Below, piece by piece: positions 39,301-53,300 of a stretch of 64,000 bases of DNA (positions are counted from its first letter, which is position 1; every line of letters begins with the position of its first letter). Source of the stretch: Balanoglossus misakiensis (Eukaryota; Animalia; Hemichordata); contig CM082584.2 in the NCBI GenBank assembly GCA_040954595.2, forward strand, positions 13,075,337 through 13,139,336. The letters are read 5' to 3'. The position numbers and the translations under genes are program-made. The notes beneath the pieces were generated by a model. That model was not told where the DNA came from. It ran no database searches and worked only from the letters and a program-made list of their open reading frames with translations.

Positions 39301-42300
39301 AGTTCATTGACTCAAGGCAGTTGGACTCTGCTTCTCTTCACACATAACATCAAGCACAACATATCCATTAACGCCACTCAGTCAACAAAACTAAATGTTA
39401 CGATTATCAACAAATGGACTCCTTCAAGGAGAAGGGTAATTAGCCAACTCGGAGCAGGAACTCGTGACACATACTTGGCAGTATAGCAAATTCGTGAGTT
39501 TTTTAACTTCCAAAGAAACGCGTCTCTGATTTCTCTTCCTGAGCCACTATTATCCTTATCACACGTGGAGAAGTCTGTATGATGTCTTATCTTGAAGGAA
39601 AGAAATCATACTGAATAAAAGCTCTCTTGCTTAATAAATAAGTTTCTCCGTGAATTAATTATAACACTGAGATCAAGAATCATGCTTGGGGAAAGGGATT
39701 GCGACCATGTCAGCCGTGGGGTAATCAGTCAGTCTGCCAGTAATGCATAAAAGACTGCAGACGCCAATGCTTGGGCTTACTGGCGTACATGTCAATGAAC
39801 AGAGCCTGGGGTACTTCAGTCACAGAGACACAGCAGAAAAACAAACTCGAAAAAATACACATTCCAGATATCACCCCAGTGGAACGTATCACGGATTTGC
39901 ATTAACTGCGCAGATGAAAGCAAAAACCCAAAGATTGCAGGTAATTGATTTCAAAGCCTCGCTCGGCCAAAACAGGGAGGATTCTAATAGCAGAGAGGAC
40001 ACACAATGTGAAGTGTTAAGAACCACTCAAGCATAGTGCCAATTCCGTTTGCTAACCTAACACAATACAATTCATAAACCTCACCAACTGAATGAGAGAG
40101 TAACATACAATTTATTTTGATCATTTGTTGCACGTCACTGAGCAGTGAGCAGCCGCGTCCTACAATAAAATTTGTGCCGGATCTCGTGTTCACAAACACG
40201 CTGTCATTCTGTGTGAGCATCCAATCAGAAACTGGAATACTAATCGAGAACTGCAATACCAAATCACTTGCTTCATCAGTGGTTGCATAGACTCCATTGG
40301 GAAGATGATATACCATAGACCATATAGGATAATCATCCTGTCTGTGCACACATCCAATGAGACAGACAGACTAAATTGGTTTATCGAAGATCAACTACCG
40401 TGCCTTCCAAACAAACAATACGGAGAATCAAAAGAAGTTCATTATTTGGCAGTAATTACTGTCCAGCTGAATTCAATAATGATCACATGAGCTCCCCTTT
40501 CTGCCCTGGAGTCATTAAAACATGTCTTTTTCTTGTTTCCTGAAATCTAAAACATCTGCATTTCAAGACCAGCTTCCATTGACAATACCGCAAAACTACC
40601 TTTGTCTACTTTGGCTCTCTCTCCCTGGCTGCGAAAAAAGTCTTGCTTGATGGAAAGTGCGTTTCTTGACCTGCTCTCTCATGTAAGTACAAAACAGCTT
40701 TCAGAGAATACATTATATACAGATGTTTAGGAGGATAGTCAATAACATGAACTTTTGATGAAATATTTGACACAGGCCATTAGATACGCTCCAAATGGAT
40801 ATTTCATTTACTGTGAAAAGCACACACTTGAGACTCTAATACTTGAGTATAAAGCTTCTAAATATCTCGTTCTGTGAACCAAATATTAGCAGAGACAGGA
40901 ACTGGAAAGAGAGGTATGGAGACTAGGGTAACACACACTTCCAAAACATCCCAGGATGCACATCTGCAGAGCACATAAAGGTTGTTTTTTGAACATCAGC
41001 GATGGTCAATCGGAGCACTTCCCTTGAGGCGAAGAGAGTGAATGAACTTTCTGAGGGGAATATGTCATGGCAAGTAACTTGCCAAAGGCATCTATAATTG
41101 ACAAGCTCTCAAAATGGGATTGCGCTGCAGAAACTAGTATTCACAGTTCCTGATACAAAAACACGAGAGGAAATCAAACTGCCTCAAATGCCAGATTGTG
41201 TCCAGGAGTGCCACAGTCATGATTGCATCCTGGAGTTATACACATTGGAAAATATCACCAGAAACAAGGCAAAATGCTGGAAATGACCACAGACAGAAGA
41301 CGGATGATGACAGACAATCTCAAAGGTCTTGGCCAGTCATGTCCGTTCCAAGTACTGACTGTACAGGTGGGAGTTCAAAGCCAACTGTTACAAAGTGCCA
41401 GTGTCTTCTCCAGACAGCCAAATCGGGTATCGCTTTCTTAATCTCTAAAGGAAGACAGCAACTCTGGATGAAACCTATCACTGGGGATTAATTCTGATAT
41501 TCTCGATGATAACGATCTGTTTGACTCCAAGGGCAGTAAGTTTTCCCTCCCCCTTGAGGTAATGACAGAATTTGCACATCTAATCAGGTATGTTTATTCA
41601 TTTCACAAAGAGCTGATAAGGTGATTCAAAGATAATTTTTTTACTGAGAAAAAAGATGACGTTAACTCCCTCTATCATGAACAATCACGATATAGAGATA
41701 AAAATGTTTTATAATCCCATCAGCATAATCATTGTTATCATATTAATTTCTTCTGATAATCAAGTTTGTAGTTCACACGATGTCCTTTTTGTCTCTTCAC
41801 AAAGACCTACAGTAGCTTCCGTTTATTTTCTGCAAGGTCTTGCTACTTTTCCTCAGCTGAGCTCTGCCAACCAGCGATGAAAGGAAAGGGTATGGGATGG
41901 AATCTGTCTGCTTATTTCTGTCGGGAATAAAAGCAATCTTTTTTTCCTAATTACACTGCTCTACCACTGAGATACAAAATGAAAAAAAAAAAAAAACTTG
42001 CTTTGGAGGATGGCAGAATTCTTACCACGGCATGGCAACAAATTACACTTTGATAGATAAAGGTGTTCAGGCCGACTGTATCTGACGAACAGCTCCAATT
42101 CAGAAATCCTGTTGAGTATTGCGCCCTCCGGGAGTTGTTGGTGAAGAAAAAAAATCACAAAATCCCACTCAACAGACAGAAAAGCTTTAAGAAACCTATC
42201 CTGCTTTCCAAATATCCACTACAATAAAGCATAGTCCAAAGCTGTTTCCATTACTGAACAAACAAAGTCTGTCTGCTTTTCAGAGTGTGCAAGAGAGAGG

Positions 42301-44312
42301 AAAGCACTGTTATATAAATGAGCTGTGGGCTATTTGATAACACACAGGCATGGCATGATTAAATTTGTATAGTATAGGCTGTGGGTGACACCGCTCCCAG
42401 TAACGGTAATATATAAATTAAGAGTATAGCCTATTAACATTGAAATAAGAGCCAAGTAAGAGAGGCCGTTACTACCGATATTAATGATGGAGGAGACTCA
42501 GCCAATCAGTCTTGTCCACAATCTTGCTAATGTTTTCACACTACAGCTCCAGTAAATGGAATCGGCAACTCACAATAAGATAATTAACTTAAGCAAGTAG
42601 CATTCACGGCACGTTAATACTTTGCCGGCAAAAAAAAAGATCTTTTGAGGGAAGACAGACCCCCGTCGTCACCACCACAGCGGACAGCACAGCAAACAAT
42701 CTCAGTGTAGAAGTGCCGGGATGATTGTGTGTACACACTTCACTGCCGCTCTCCAACGGATAATGTGTGTTTCCGTCACATTCCTCTTCAGTGCCGGTAT
42801 GCAGGCGACTCCGGTGTCCTCCTCCTTGTCCTCGTGGTGTTGTTCAGCTGCCACTGGATGTATACACACACAAGTGCTCTCCTGGTAGCCGTGGACTCCT
42901 GCTTGTCCCGACGTAGGCAGCATCCGTGGGTTTGAATCATTTGGGAAGAGACTGCCTCTATATGTGCCCACTGTGAATGTCACAGCGTGGACAGACAGCT
43001 TTGCCACGGATATGTAACAACAAACCTCTGATGTCATACCACAGGGCTGAATATTACATGGGCATAATAAGGTGAGAGAATATCAGCCAAACTATATACA
43101 TTGTACTCAAAAATCTGAGACACTGCTGGTTTGAAGATGGCATAGAAATAACCATACTTTCCCTGTTCTTAACATCAGCGGCATTAATTAAGCAAAAACA
43201 AAACAACATTATGCAACTGAACATTACTTATGCAAATCAGCACAAAACAACTCTCAGTTTTTTCCTCAGCAGTGAGTGACACGATTAAACCCAACAGATC
43301 GAATTCGGACTCCCACATGTCAGTCAGCTGAAGTAAACACGGTTTCATGAACTACGACTCTGTCCAAATAACCAGCCTCGTAAAATTTTACAGGAATTTT
43401 CAGACCCGGGATTTCTAATATTGTTATAGGCTGGCAGTCACGGAAGCTTAAAAGCTTAGGTGCGAGTGTGGAATAGAAATTGCAGCTTAAAGAGTTTCCT
43501 CAATGGACAAGCCAGCTATGCAACCCAACGCTGTGTCCAATATTCTATGCACTAGACATCAGAAGCTATCTGGTGTTGAAAAAGAAACCTGAGATAGTAT
43601 GAGATGAGTGATGTCATCAGATACATCTTCTCTTCTCCTCCGAGGTATTCTGTGAAACACTAAAGCCACGGCTATTTCATTCTCGCCTCTCTCAGAAAAG
43701 GGATTTCTATGGATACCAGAGTAATAAATAACTATCATGCCAAAACCGATTGCTGCACTCATGCTCAACTAAATGCTAATGACCAATTCCATTTATTCTA
43801 GAAATAACCTAGGCTCCCTGGAGGTACTATTGATATTTTATTAAAGAAGTGTCTGGCAACAATCCCAACACGGCATGCAAGTGACAGTCTGCTTTTCTTT
43901 CCCTATTGCCCGCTTCATACAACTCCTGACACAATTGCTGCTGGAATTATTACAGCTCTAATAACAATTATCCCACAATGGCATTGCCCCTATAAACCTC
44001 AACAACCTCTATCTCACAAACTGCGCTTGTATAGCAGTATTTTTTATCTGCCTGAGAAGACTTGAGTTTTGTTCGTCGGCATTTTTTGGTTGGCTGCTAT
44101 ATTATTAAGGTTTCTATCTGTCTCTTTCTATACAGATGGTTGATTCCATCTCCCTATAGGCAAACATCAAATGATTTACAGGTTTCCACAATTGTCTTTG
44201 ACAAGGCCACGCAAGGCTTCATTGATCCAACTAAGCAGCTGCCAGGCCGTGATCTGTTTTTTTCCCTGTGAAGTGTTAAGATAGTAAGCTCACACAACGG
44301 AAGCATGTTCTC

Positions 44313-44345
<33 letters not shown>

Positions 44346-47300
44346 GAAACAAGCATCCATTATACACTGTGTGTTTGCCAAGTCATCTAGGAGACAACTG
44401 GAGCAATGCTGGGACAGGTATCTACTTAAGTGTGGTCCCCCATTCAGGCAACTTTCACCTTCATTACACTTGATCAACACGCAAACACATCGGAACTTCA
44501 ACAGCAGAAATGCGACTGGCCCCAGTGTAAACACAGCGGACATATTCATGCAGCCTCATGATTTTGGCAGCATTCTTTCAGTGGGATGAGACAACACAGG
44601 TATGTGAACAGTTTTGAAATTCAGGTATCACTTACAAATAATGCTTCACCCCTGCTTCAACATGCCAACCAGGTTACCTTGCAAGTTTTTCATCACATCA
44701 AATTAGCAGGAGGATAAGTTTCTGTTTTCACGTCAGATTTCCAAAACATTAGAATACAAAAGCACAACAATGCATCAGGAAAGATAGTCTGGAAACTTCT
44801 GAGTATACTATTAGCTTTTAAAATGCACCAGAGATCATAGACAGGGAAAAACCTACTTTACCCGTGCTTGTAATCAGCCAATCGGGATCTAAAGTAGCCG
44901 ACAACTACATAAATGCATTCTGACTAACAACTGTAGGGCACACTACTTGTGCTAATGATGCCCTAAAAATACTCCACAGACACACGGCTAAGGAAAAAAA
45001 ACGACATTCCCCATGCGCCGTGTCTACTCGCAATCCTGATTGAAAATGCCTGAACTCTTTGAGTGCTCTCAGACGTCTTGACTTATTTTCTCACGCAAAA
45101 AAGAAAAGCCAGAAATGTTTTGAACGAGTGACTACAGATGCCTGTTTGTTGTTTGCATTGAGTCTGCATTGACTGATTGATAATGTGGTCACTGCAGGTT
45201 ATAATGTGTAGAGCAGGGTACATGTGGGCTGCTGGCAACGTTTTGCGATGAATGAGAGAGAGAAGGGGGGGGGAGAGCCCCTGGGGAGAGTCATTCCTCC
45301 TGCCGACAATTTATGGTAAAGCGCCCGAGGGACACAGTGTGGGTGTCGTGTCCAATGAATCAAATACCTTCACTGGCCGAAAACAAATAAAACTTCCAGA
45401 TGCGAAATTCTCATAAAGTTCAAACTTTCTTGTCCGTCGAATCAGTCACATTTTCAACTAAAGGCATCAATTGTAGACTTTCAAGCATCACATCCGCAGA
45501 TGAATTCTTCTACAGACATATGAAAGAGATTACCCACAAGACGCGCAGGAAAGACCATATTTTTCATTGGAGGCAAATTTGTGACAGATTGATGGCATAC
45601 TTGACGCAATTACTGCAAATCAGGTCAATCCTATCATGGGTAGCTGTCAGCTTGAATTGCTCTCTTCTTAGATTACTGGGCATTGTCACTTCAGAACAGA
45701 AGCAATCTCGCTCAGGCAGATAGTCCTCGTTTTTAAGAGATTAGACGGGAATTAAGTCGGCCGAACAACAACGTCTTCTATTGGAAACAACAAAGCACTT
45801 CAAAGCACAGCAGAAACTGATTTTTGTGGATGAAATGTATTCGACCTTTTGAAGTGGCAGAAGGAGAGAGAGGGGGAGTCGTGCCATTTTTCGTTGAAGC
45901 TGGTGAGGATCAACTTTTTATTACTTTTCCTGACTTTGTCTAAGTAATCAAATGGAATTGTATGGTTTCCATGGTTTCTACTCAGGTAAGATGCTTGACT
46001 GTTTGATTTCAGTTGTCATAGCAACTAAGCAAAGGGGGATTCAGAGTACTGCAAACAAATCAGCGGCCTGTTACTGGCCAACGCAATGTTTGAGTGAAGT
46101 CTCATGGGAGAGGATCATGTTACTTCTTTGATATGTTTACACCATGTAGGCCGTGAAAACACCTGTTACACTGTCATCTACTTCTTGTAATAACATGGCT
46201 GCAAGCACCATTGCATTGTACAACTCTCTCAACAATCAGACATCGAAAACATACAACATACAAACACTCCTCAATGTTCGGTAATGATAAACAAATGATA
46301 AACCAGGCTACGTGATTGGCCATTGCACATACTATCAGATTGACAATGTCATTGTGGTGAAATTGCGCATGACAACACAAAGCAAGACTTGATATCAGGA
46401 CATGATTCTCCAATATAAAAGCTACTTCCCCCTGCCATAGGCACAGATTTCAACACTACTATTCCACCTGGAATGAACCTACAGGGCTCATCCATTCTGT
46501 TGGAGGTGGGAGTCCTTCTCCGAGGGGCACCTTGTTGACTTGTAAAACCCACTAATGGATTATCAATCTTAACCGTCTTGCATTCCCCCTGAACACCCAA
46601 GTGGAGAAAAGTGGGGGTCTTATAAATGTGGCTCTTCCGGCACATCAGGCTCTGTTCATAGTGTCATTTCACAGAATAACAAATCTCTCACCTTTTAAAA
46701 TATTCACAACAGCAGGTTGAAGATCTTGTGTATCATACAAAAGAAGAAAAAGATGGGAAAGTTCAGAATTTTCTCACCCCTTCGAGAATAGCAGAATCCA
46801 AAGTGTCAGGACTCATTAATCGATCTGATTTGAGGAATCACACAGCGGGTTACCCGAGCACCATAATTGTTATTCATTAAATGCCATGTCTATCCACTCC
46901 AGTCCTCCATTAAGGGGATAGAAAACGATTTAATGAGACTGTGAAAATGGTCCACTACACAATTGTGTTTCTGCCAAAAGCATTTGTCATCACATATGGC
47001 TTGGAGCTGCAGGAAAATCCCCATACAAGTTTCAATAGGCAAAGTGACACGATCGCCACCGGGATTGCGTTTTAACTGAAAAGAGACGCTGGGCTTGGGA
47101 CAGATGAAACCTGTCAGACTCCACTTTCCTCTCACACGATACAGACATAAATTTGCAGTTAATTTCACTGGGTTTCTAATGGAAATCACCGGGTAGCACT
47201 TAAATTATATTGAAGTTTCAGATACGCGGTCACGTGCTTGTACCACTGTGCTTGTAGGTTGGCATTTCAGTTGGGGTCAAGTCTCTACCAACAGACATCT

Positions 47301-50300
47301 TGAATTCAGGATTTTGGAGATAGGGACCTTCAGTGCGACTTACAGAGATAAGTATCATTATTGATATCCCGTGATGTAAGCTGCAGATATGACAATACTC
47401 TGTCGACCCACACGATAAAACTGAATCTTCAGATCCGCTTTACACACAGCAAGTCGGGCCCAAAGGCAACAGGCCGTGGTTTCTTGACGGATCTAATAAC
47501 GACCAGTTTCTCAGATTTCTCCTGGGGTACATATCCAAATTATTGGCAATAGTATGTATGGATATGCTACTGGCTGTGATGTTGATGCACACACACATGC
47601 AAGTATGGTATATGTATGCAAAACTTTCTCTAATTCTGTTTTTTTCTTTCTGTCCTATACATTTCAGGATCAACCCACAGGACAGGGGAATTATCAATCA
47701 CTTCTGTCTCCAAAGTTGATTGAAGTTTTTCAGTGCAACGACTGCACTGCGCAGGGGTTGTTTCATACTTGATTATTATTCCGTCAGGAACCGACCGGCA
47801 TCTGTGTGCGCTGGGCCATTTTCTTCCATCATCCCCGGGTGTAAATTGTGTTAATGATGCTGGCTGTCAGAAGCAGTGGCTGGCAGGATGCTGCGAAATG
47901 GAGTGGAGTGCTAGGATGGATGACGTTACCCGGCTGACACATATCAGCCATTATTGTGAACATAATGGAGGGTGATAGGGAGACATCCTTCACTCAGTGC
48001 CCCCAAGCCATCTCCTTGCTTAGGCTGACACCAACTTTTGTGTGCCATGTGTGAACCGGCACTAAGCTCTTACTCACAGGATATCATTAGCTCTACGTCT
48101 CTGGCATTCCAATATCTTTGGAAGTAGTACTAGTACATTACAGGCTGCTGGGGATTGCTGACTTGCCATTACAGAACATTTCTGAGATCTGCAAGTGCTG
48201 TGAACGCGTTCTTGGAAGCATGACCACTATGATCCTATTGGGGGAATTCCACTGAAACTGTTCCTATTGGGGGAATTCCACTGAAACTGTCAGACACGCA
48301 TCCGTGCCTGTTCTGAAATACAAGTCGCGTCTCCCGAGATTTTTTCTACATCCTTGTGCAGCTTGGAACGTCAGCCATGTAACGTGTAAGCATCGAGCAG
48401 AGGATACGTGTATAACCCACTGTTTACCAACAACTTTTCCAGCGTTTAACTCATTAGCATAGGAATATAAGTGACCCCATGCCCTCAAGCATTGACAGAG
48501 GAGTACAGGGCTCGGGATCGAACACCTTGTCAACACCACATCAACATCTGGATAGGAATCACACCAGTTAGAACACCTACAGACACTGCCAACATCTGAC
48601 AACTAGAATTCAAGGTAAGCCCTTCACCATCTTGGAATGAAGTCTCACACACTCAGAATTTCACACAAAGGTCTCGGAAACTAAAACGCCAGCCCCAATA
48701 CCTTTATCATTTACGCAACAGTACAGCGATCAAAAGCAAACAGTCATAAGCTGGTAAAATCCATCCACTGTAGCATTCCAGTCCTTGCGTTTCAAACCAA
48801 GTACCTCCTGAATTATTGAAAACGCGTATTACAAAATCTCTGAACTGTGAAATCATACCACTCATCCATACTCTGGGTTCCTAAAATAATTTTTGATTGA
48901 TGGCCAAATCAATAAGAGAAACTCAAAGTCTGATACAACACAAGTGATTTTCTACACAGCTGGATGCACATATGTTATCTGGGAGTAACAATTGATCAAA
49001 TAGAGTCAGGTAATTATACAGGCTGTGATTTGACACCCTGACTTTTATTCAATATGTCATATCCAAAATGATAGGCGCATAAAGCCTGGTCATTACATTT
49101 CAAGCAGAGATGGTGGTATTTCTCAATTAAGTGTTTCGATAACAGCAATGCTGGGACTCCGAAAGGATTGTCTTTCCATGAAAGGTACACTTTTCTACTT
49201 GTGTGTTTGGTTTTAATGAAAAATATCGCATTTGCAGTGAATAGGGAAGCCATATCGGGTACGCACCACCTGTTTTGTAGAGTAGTGCATTAATGCCTTT
49301 TCAGTGAAATCAACACCAGTTTCAAAAAACACTCACACAAGCATGCATGTATTATTATATTAAATGTCAAAAAGTGGACGACTAGAGCACAGCCAGCCAG
49401 TTCAAATAGAACGGTACTTTTACCACGCAAAATATTTAGGTAGTGTTTCCATATATCTAACGCTCATTTTCTAGCTTGAGATCATAATTCCATACATGTA
49501 ACTACAACAGTACTACTTGGGGTAAAGTCAGAGAGAACTTTTTGCATATTTTCTGATTGGCTATGTCGGTTATATGCAAATGGACAGTAAAAGTCACATT
49601 TGGCTAAGGGGAGGACTTGCCATGGTCACATGATGAGACACCATTGAACATTCTGCACCCCTTATTTATATTGCGATGATTTAAACAGTTCCAAAAGAAT
49701 GATGAACTGCCTGCACTAATTCTGTCCAAAAGGTTGTCATGGCAACATTTGGGATCTCATGTCTATGTTTTTTTAGAATTCAATACGGGCAGTCTTCGAA
49801 GCAAAAACAGGAAGTTTCCGCACAACTTTCCCATAAAACAGCAAAAGTCAAAAGGTCAAGACATGGCTATAGGTAGAATTGTTTAGTCATAGTTATCAAG
49901 GTTCAAGTGGGTGTATGTCTTTAATATGAAACTAAGACAGGATAGTATTAAACAGGAAGATGATATCAGATAAGTTTTATCTCAAGCTTGGCAAGTCATG
50001 TGCAAATTATCTCATCATTTGTGGAATTTAACGCTTTTGTGGATGTCATTAATTGGGAAAAAATATCATTACAGATTTAACAGATGTCTCTGTTCACTGG
50101 GGGTTGGATGTATCCCCAGCTACATGTTTACTATAAGCATTCTCATGGAATACCAAGTCTTGAATTGAAAAGACAGGTTCATTCATATGTGCTTTCCAGC
50201 CTCCTTCCTTGTTGAAATTTTCCTGATGAATTGCGAGTGGGTGCAGCCGTTGGCAAACAGGCATCACACAGCACTGTGCTTTATACGTACATTTTTCAGA

Positions 50301-53300
50301 TCAATTCTGGTGCCTAGCCAATACTTGTCAGTAACTCAAAGCAACTGAAAATTAACATCCATGTGGTTTCACTGGGCAATACGCAGATATAATTGAAAGA
50401 TTTAAGTGAAAAATGATGAAAGCCCTGCAGCTCCAGAATACAAAATTACCCAAGTGAAGTAACACTTGGACGGATAAATTTTCAGCCAGCTGACAAGAAA
50501 CACTCATTTACACAACCTCTTTTCAAACAGCTCTGATGCAAATTTCACAGTTGGTAATGTCTGTAATTAACGCTTAGATGTCAAATTCTGAAGTGCATTG
50601 GCAAAGAATGGTGAGAGAGCCACTTGAGTGAGAGAATGCAGGGCCTGAAAAAGCTTTTAATAGAAAACAACATTAAACAGAGGAGAGTGGAAGTGACTCC
50701 ATACAAGCAGATCTACTCCATTACTCAGTCCTGTGCCACAATTTCCTAAGACTAAAATAATTCCTCGCTTAATCTAGCTCACAGCGCTATTATCTTATCA
50801 ACTTCTATGCTTTGTCTGTTCTGCCATCGCTTTATCTTACTCTCAGCGGCCACTGTTCCCTCTCCTATCGCTAGGTGACGGCTAATTTAGATAATCTTCC
50901 TATCTCTGCAAATGATGCATTCTTGATGCCGCCAATAACAACACAAGTGCGCTGATAATGAATGGCTTGGGAGAGGCGGAAGGGAGTCGGCACTTAGCTC
51001 GTTGTCTACGTGCATGCGTATTGAAGTCCACCAACAGTTTGGTGGCACAGTTCAGGAGATGTACGGTTGATGACATACTTGTCAGGGATGTGCTAGCTCC
51101 TAGTTTTATGGCCAACTGATGTCATGTTGAAGGTGCAGTGTAGTGACTCTGACCAGTATATTTTCTTACAACATTCACCGGTGCGGAGTCTGCCAGGTCA
51201 GTTCAGTTGATCATATTTATTGTAATAATAACAAAACAAGTGATCACGCGTTGTTCAACCTTGTCTCCGATATAATGTATGGTGGACCCATTAACAGGAT
51301 CTATCAACCATTTCAAGATACATTTGAAATCTTTCTCGGCAAAAAATTCAAATTTTGAAGGCTTTTGTCACCCAGTGCCTGACATGAGGAGGCATGTATT
51401 GGCAAAAAGCTGGCGCCAACTTCATTTTAATATGGACCTGTGACTCTTTCCTGTTCAATATACATTTTCCTGTTCTCCCACTGCGCCGCAGCACATATCA
51501 GGCATGAATTCTCCCGGGGGTAATTAGGCAATAGGAATGGTTTATCTCGGGCTGTGTTCTTGATAAGCTTCAGTGTAGAGTAAATGGTTGCTACAGGCTG
51601 TGTACACTGGAATGCTTTCAATGGAGAACGGGATATGTGGCCGCTAGTGGGCGCCATACTGAGTAATTGGTTTATGCAATACCCAACAAGTCAGCATTTG
51701 TCCCTTGATGTACGTAACATGTAGTTTTATCACGGACAACAAAAAAATCTCATGGGTGCAAGAGTACAGCATATCACTCACATACTTACACACGCTTAAT
51801 GTCTCTTAATTGCTTGGTGTGACTTTATTTGGTAATTTGTCTCTGGTGTGCGTGTGCATGTACATGAAGGTTACATGTGGCATACGGTCTCATTCTGTCT
51901 TGCACCACTCACCTTGTTGCCTTGTGGGGTCCATTGTGTTTGGTAATAAAGGTTGTGACCCAGGTACTCCCCCTGGTGGCTAAAAAGTAGAAAAGACAAA
52001 GAACGGAATATTTTAGTAAACATTCTCATAAGAATGACACAGGTACTAGCATCACTAAAGGTCACTTGAAGCATCATCATTTCAAACTCTGTGAAGTCAG
52101 GATATGTGATGTTTAACGATAGGTGGCGCTATACAAGTCGAGGGAACATTATTTGCACATGCATGACTGAACATGTCTTTACAAGGCCAATGGTTTAAGA
52201 CCAGGTGACGTAACAGGTTTCTGAAGTGCAACGTTTCATTTTGTAAAAACATTGATCAATGCTTATGATGTGTATGTACTTCTATCACACTTAAATATAC
52301 ATAATTCACTCATGAAATTATCAAAATTAATTTTATAATGAGGATGGACTTTTAAAATCAGTCACCAAGAATACTTAATCATAGCAGAGAATATTCTTTG
52401 ACACTATAGTCAAATAGAACCGAGTATGCACTGGCAATTTTTCTGTTGCACAGGGCCTCACCACTGGGTTATTTTCATCGAGTGGGAGAGATTCTATATG
52501 AGTTTAGCTTCACATGGGCATCCATATATTTTCGTTCACTCGCCAGTTTGACCTTTCCTGGCTGGCTCAGTGACATTAGTGGCCACGTCTTTGTCATACA
52601 ACTTCCTTCATAAAAAGTGTGGGATGGTACATTGAATGTAGATGCGTACAATTCGTACTTGAACAGCAAATTCTGTGATTAGTGACAGTGTTATAGTAAA
52701 TATACAGCAAACACAAAATGCTAATTTGGTCATATTTATATCTACACATGGCTTCCACGATAAAAATTCTGCTGAAAATTTCCAGGAGATATCAGACAGT
52801 TTGTCTTTCCTGTTAGAAGCTTTATTTTGTGCTGGATATAGTTATGTTGTGTAGAGACACACACTGCGTGGGTTGTGTTTTAAATATTTCCCACATTCGA
52901 ACAATTTTCGTAGTGAGCCATCTACAAAGGAGGGTTACTGACTGACAAACAAGAAAGGCCCCCTATCTCTGTGAATCTACTCACTCTTCTTTGTGTGCAG
53001 GCGGAATGTCCTAAATACATAAATTTTGACCAACAATATGACGTTTTAGAGTGATGTGGAAAAAAAAGCTAGTAAAAAAAATCCAGCAGCACTGACCTTT
53101 GGAGCTGACAGCAGAAAATGTGACGCAGTGTCTACAACTGATAATTTATGTTTGTAAACAGACTATCCGCACTTGGAAAATATTTGCAATGTCATCACAT
53201 CCATTATTTTGTTTTCGATCCTCAAAATTTGTAGATATTTCTATATGAACACCTGTGTGGGTTTCTCCTTTGGACTAGACATTTCAAGAAACCCCATTTT

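Noticed and set aside
38408-51912. Nested genes or autonomous transposons in the large SSBP introns
   Set aside because: Only short ORFs (<125 aa), many with non-ATG starts; no RT, transposase or other domain motif recognised.
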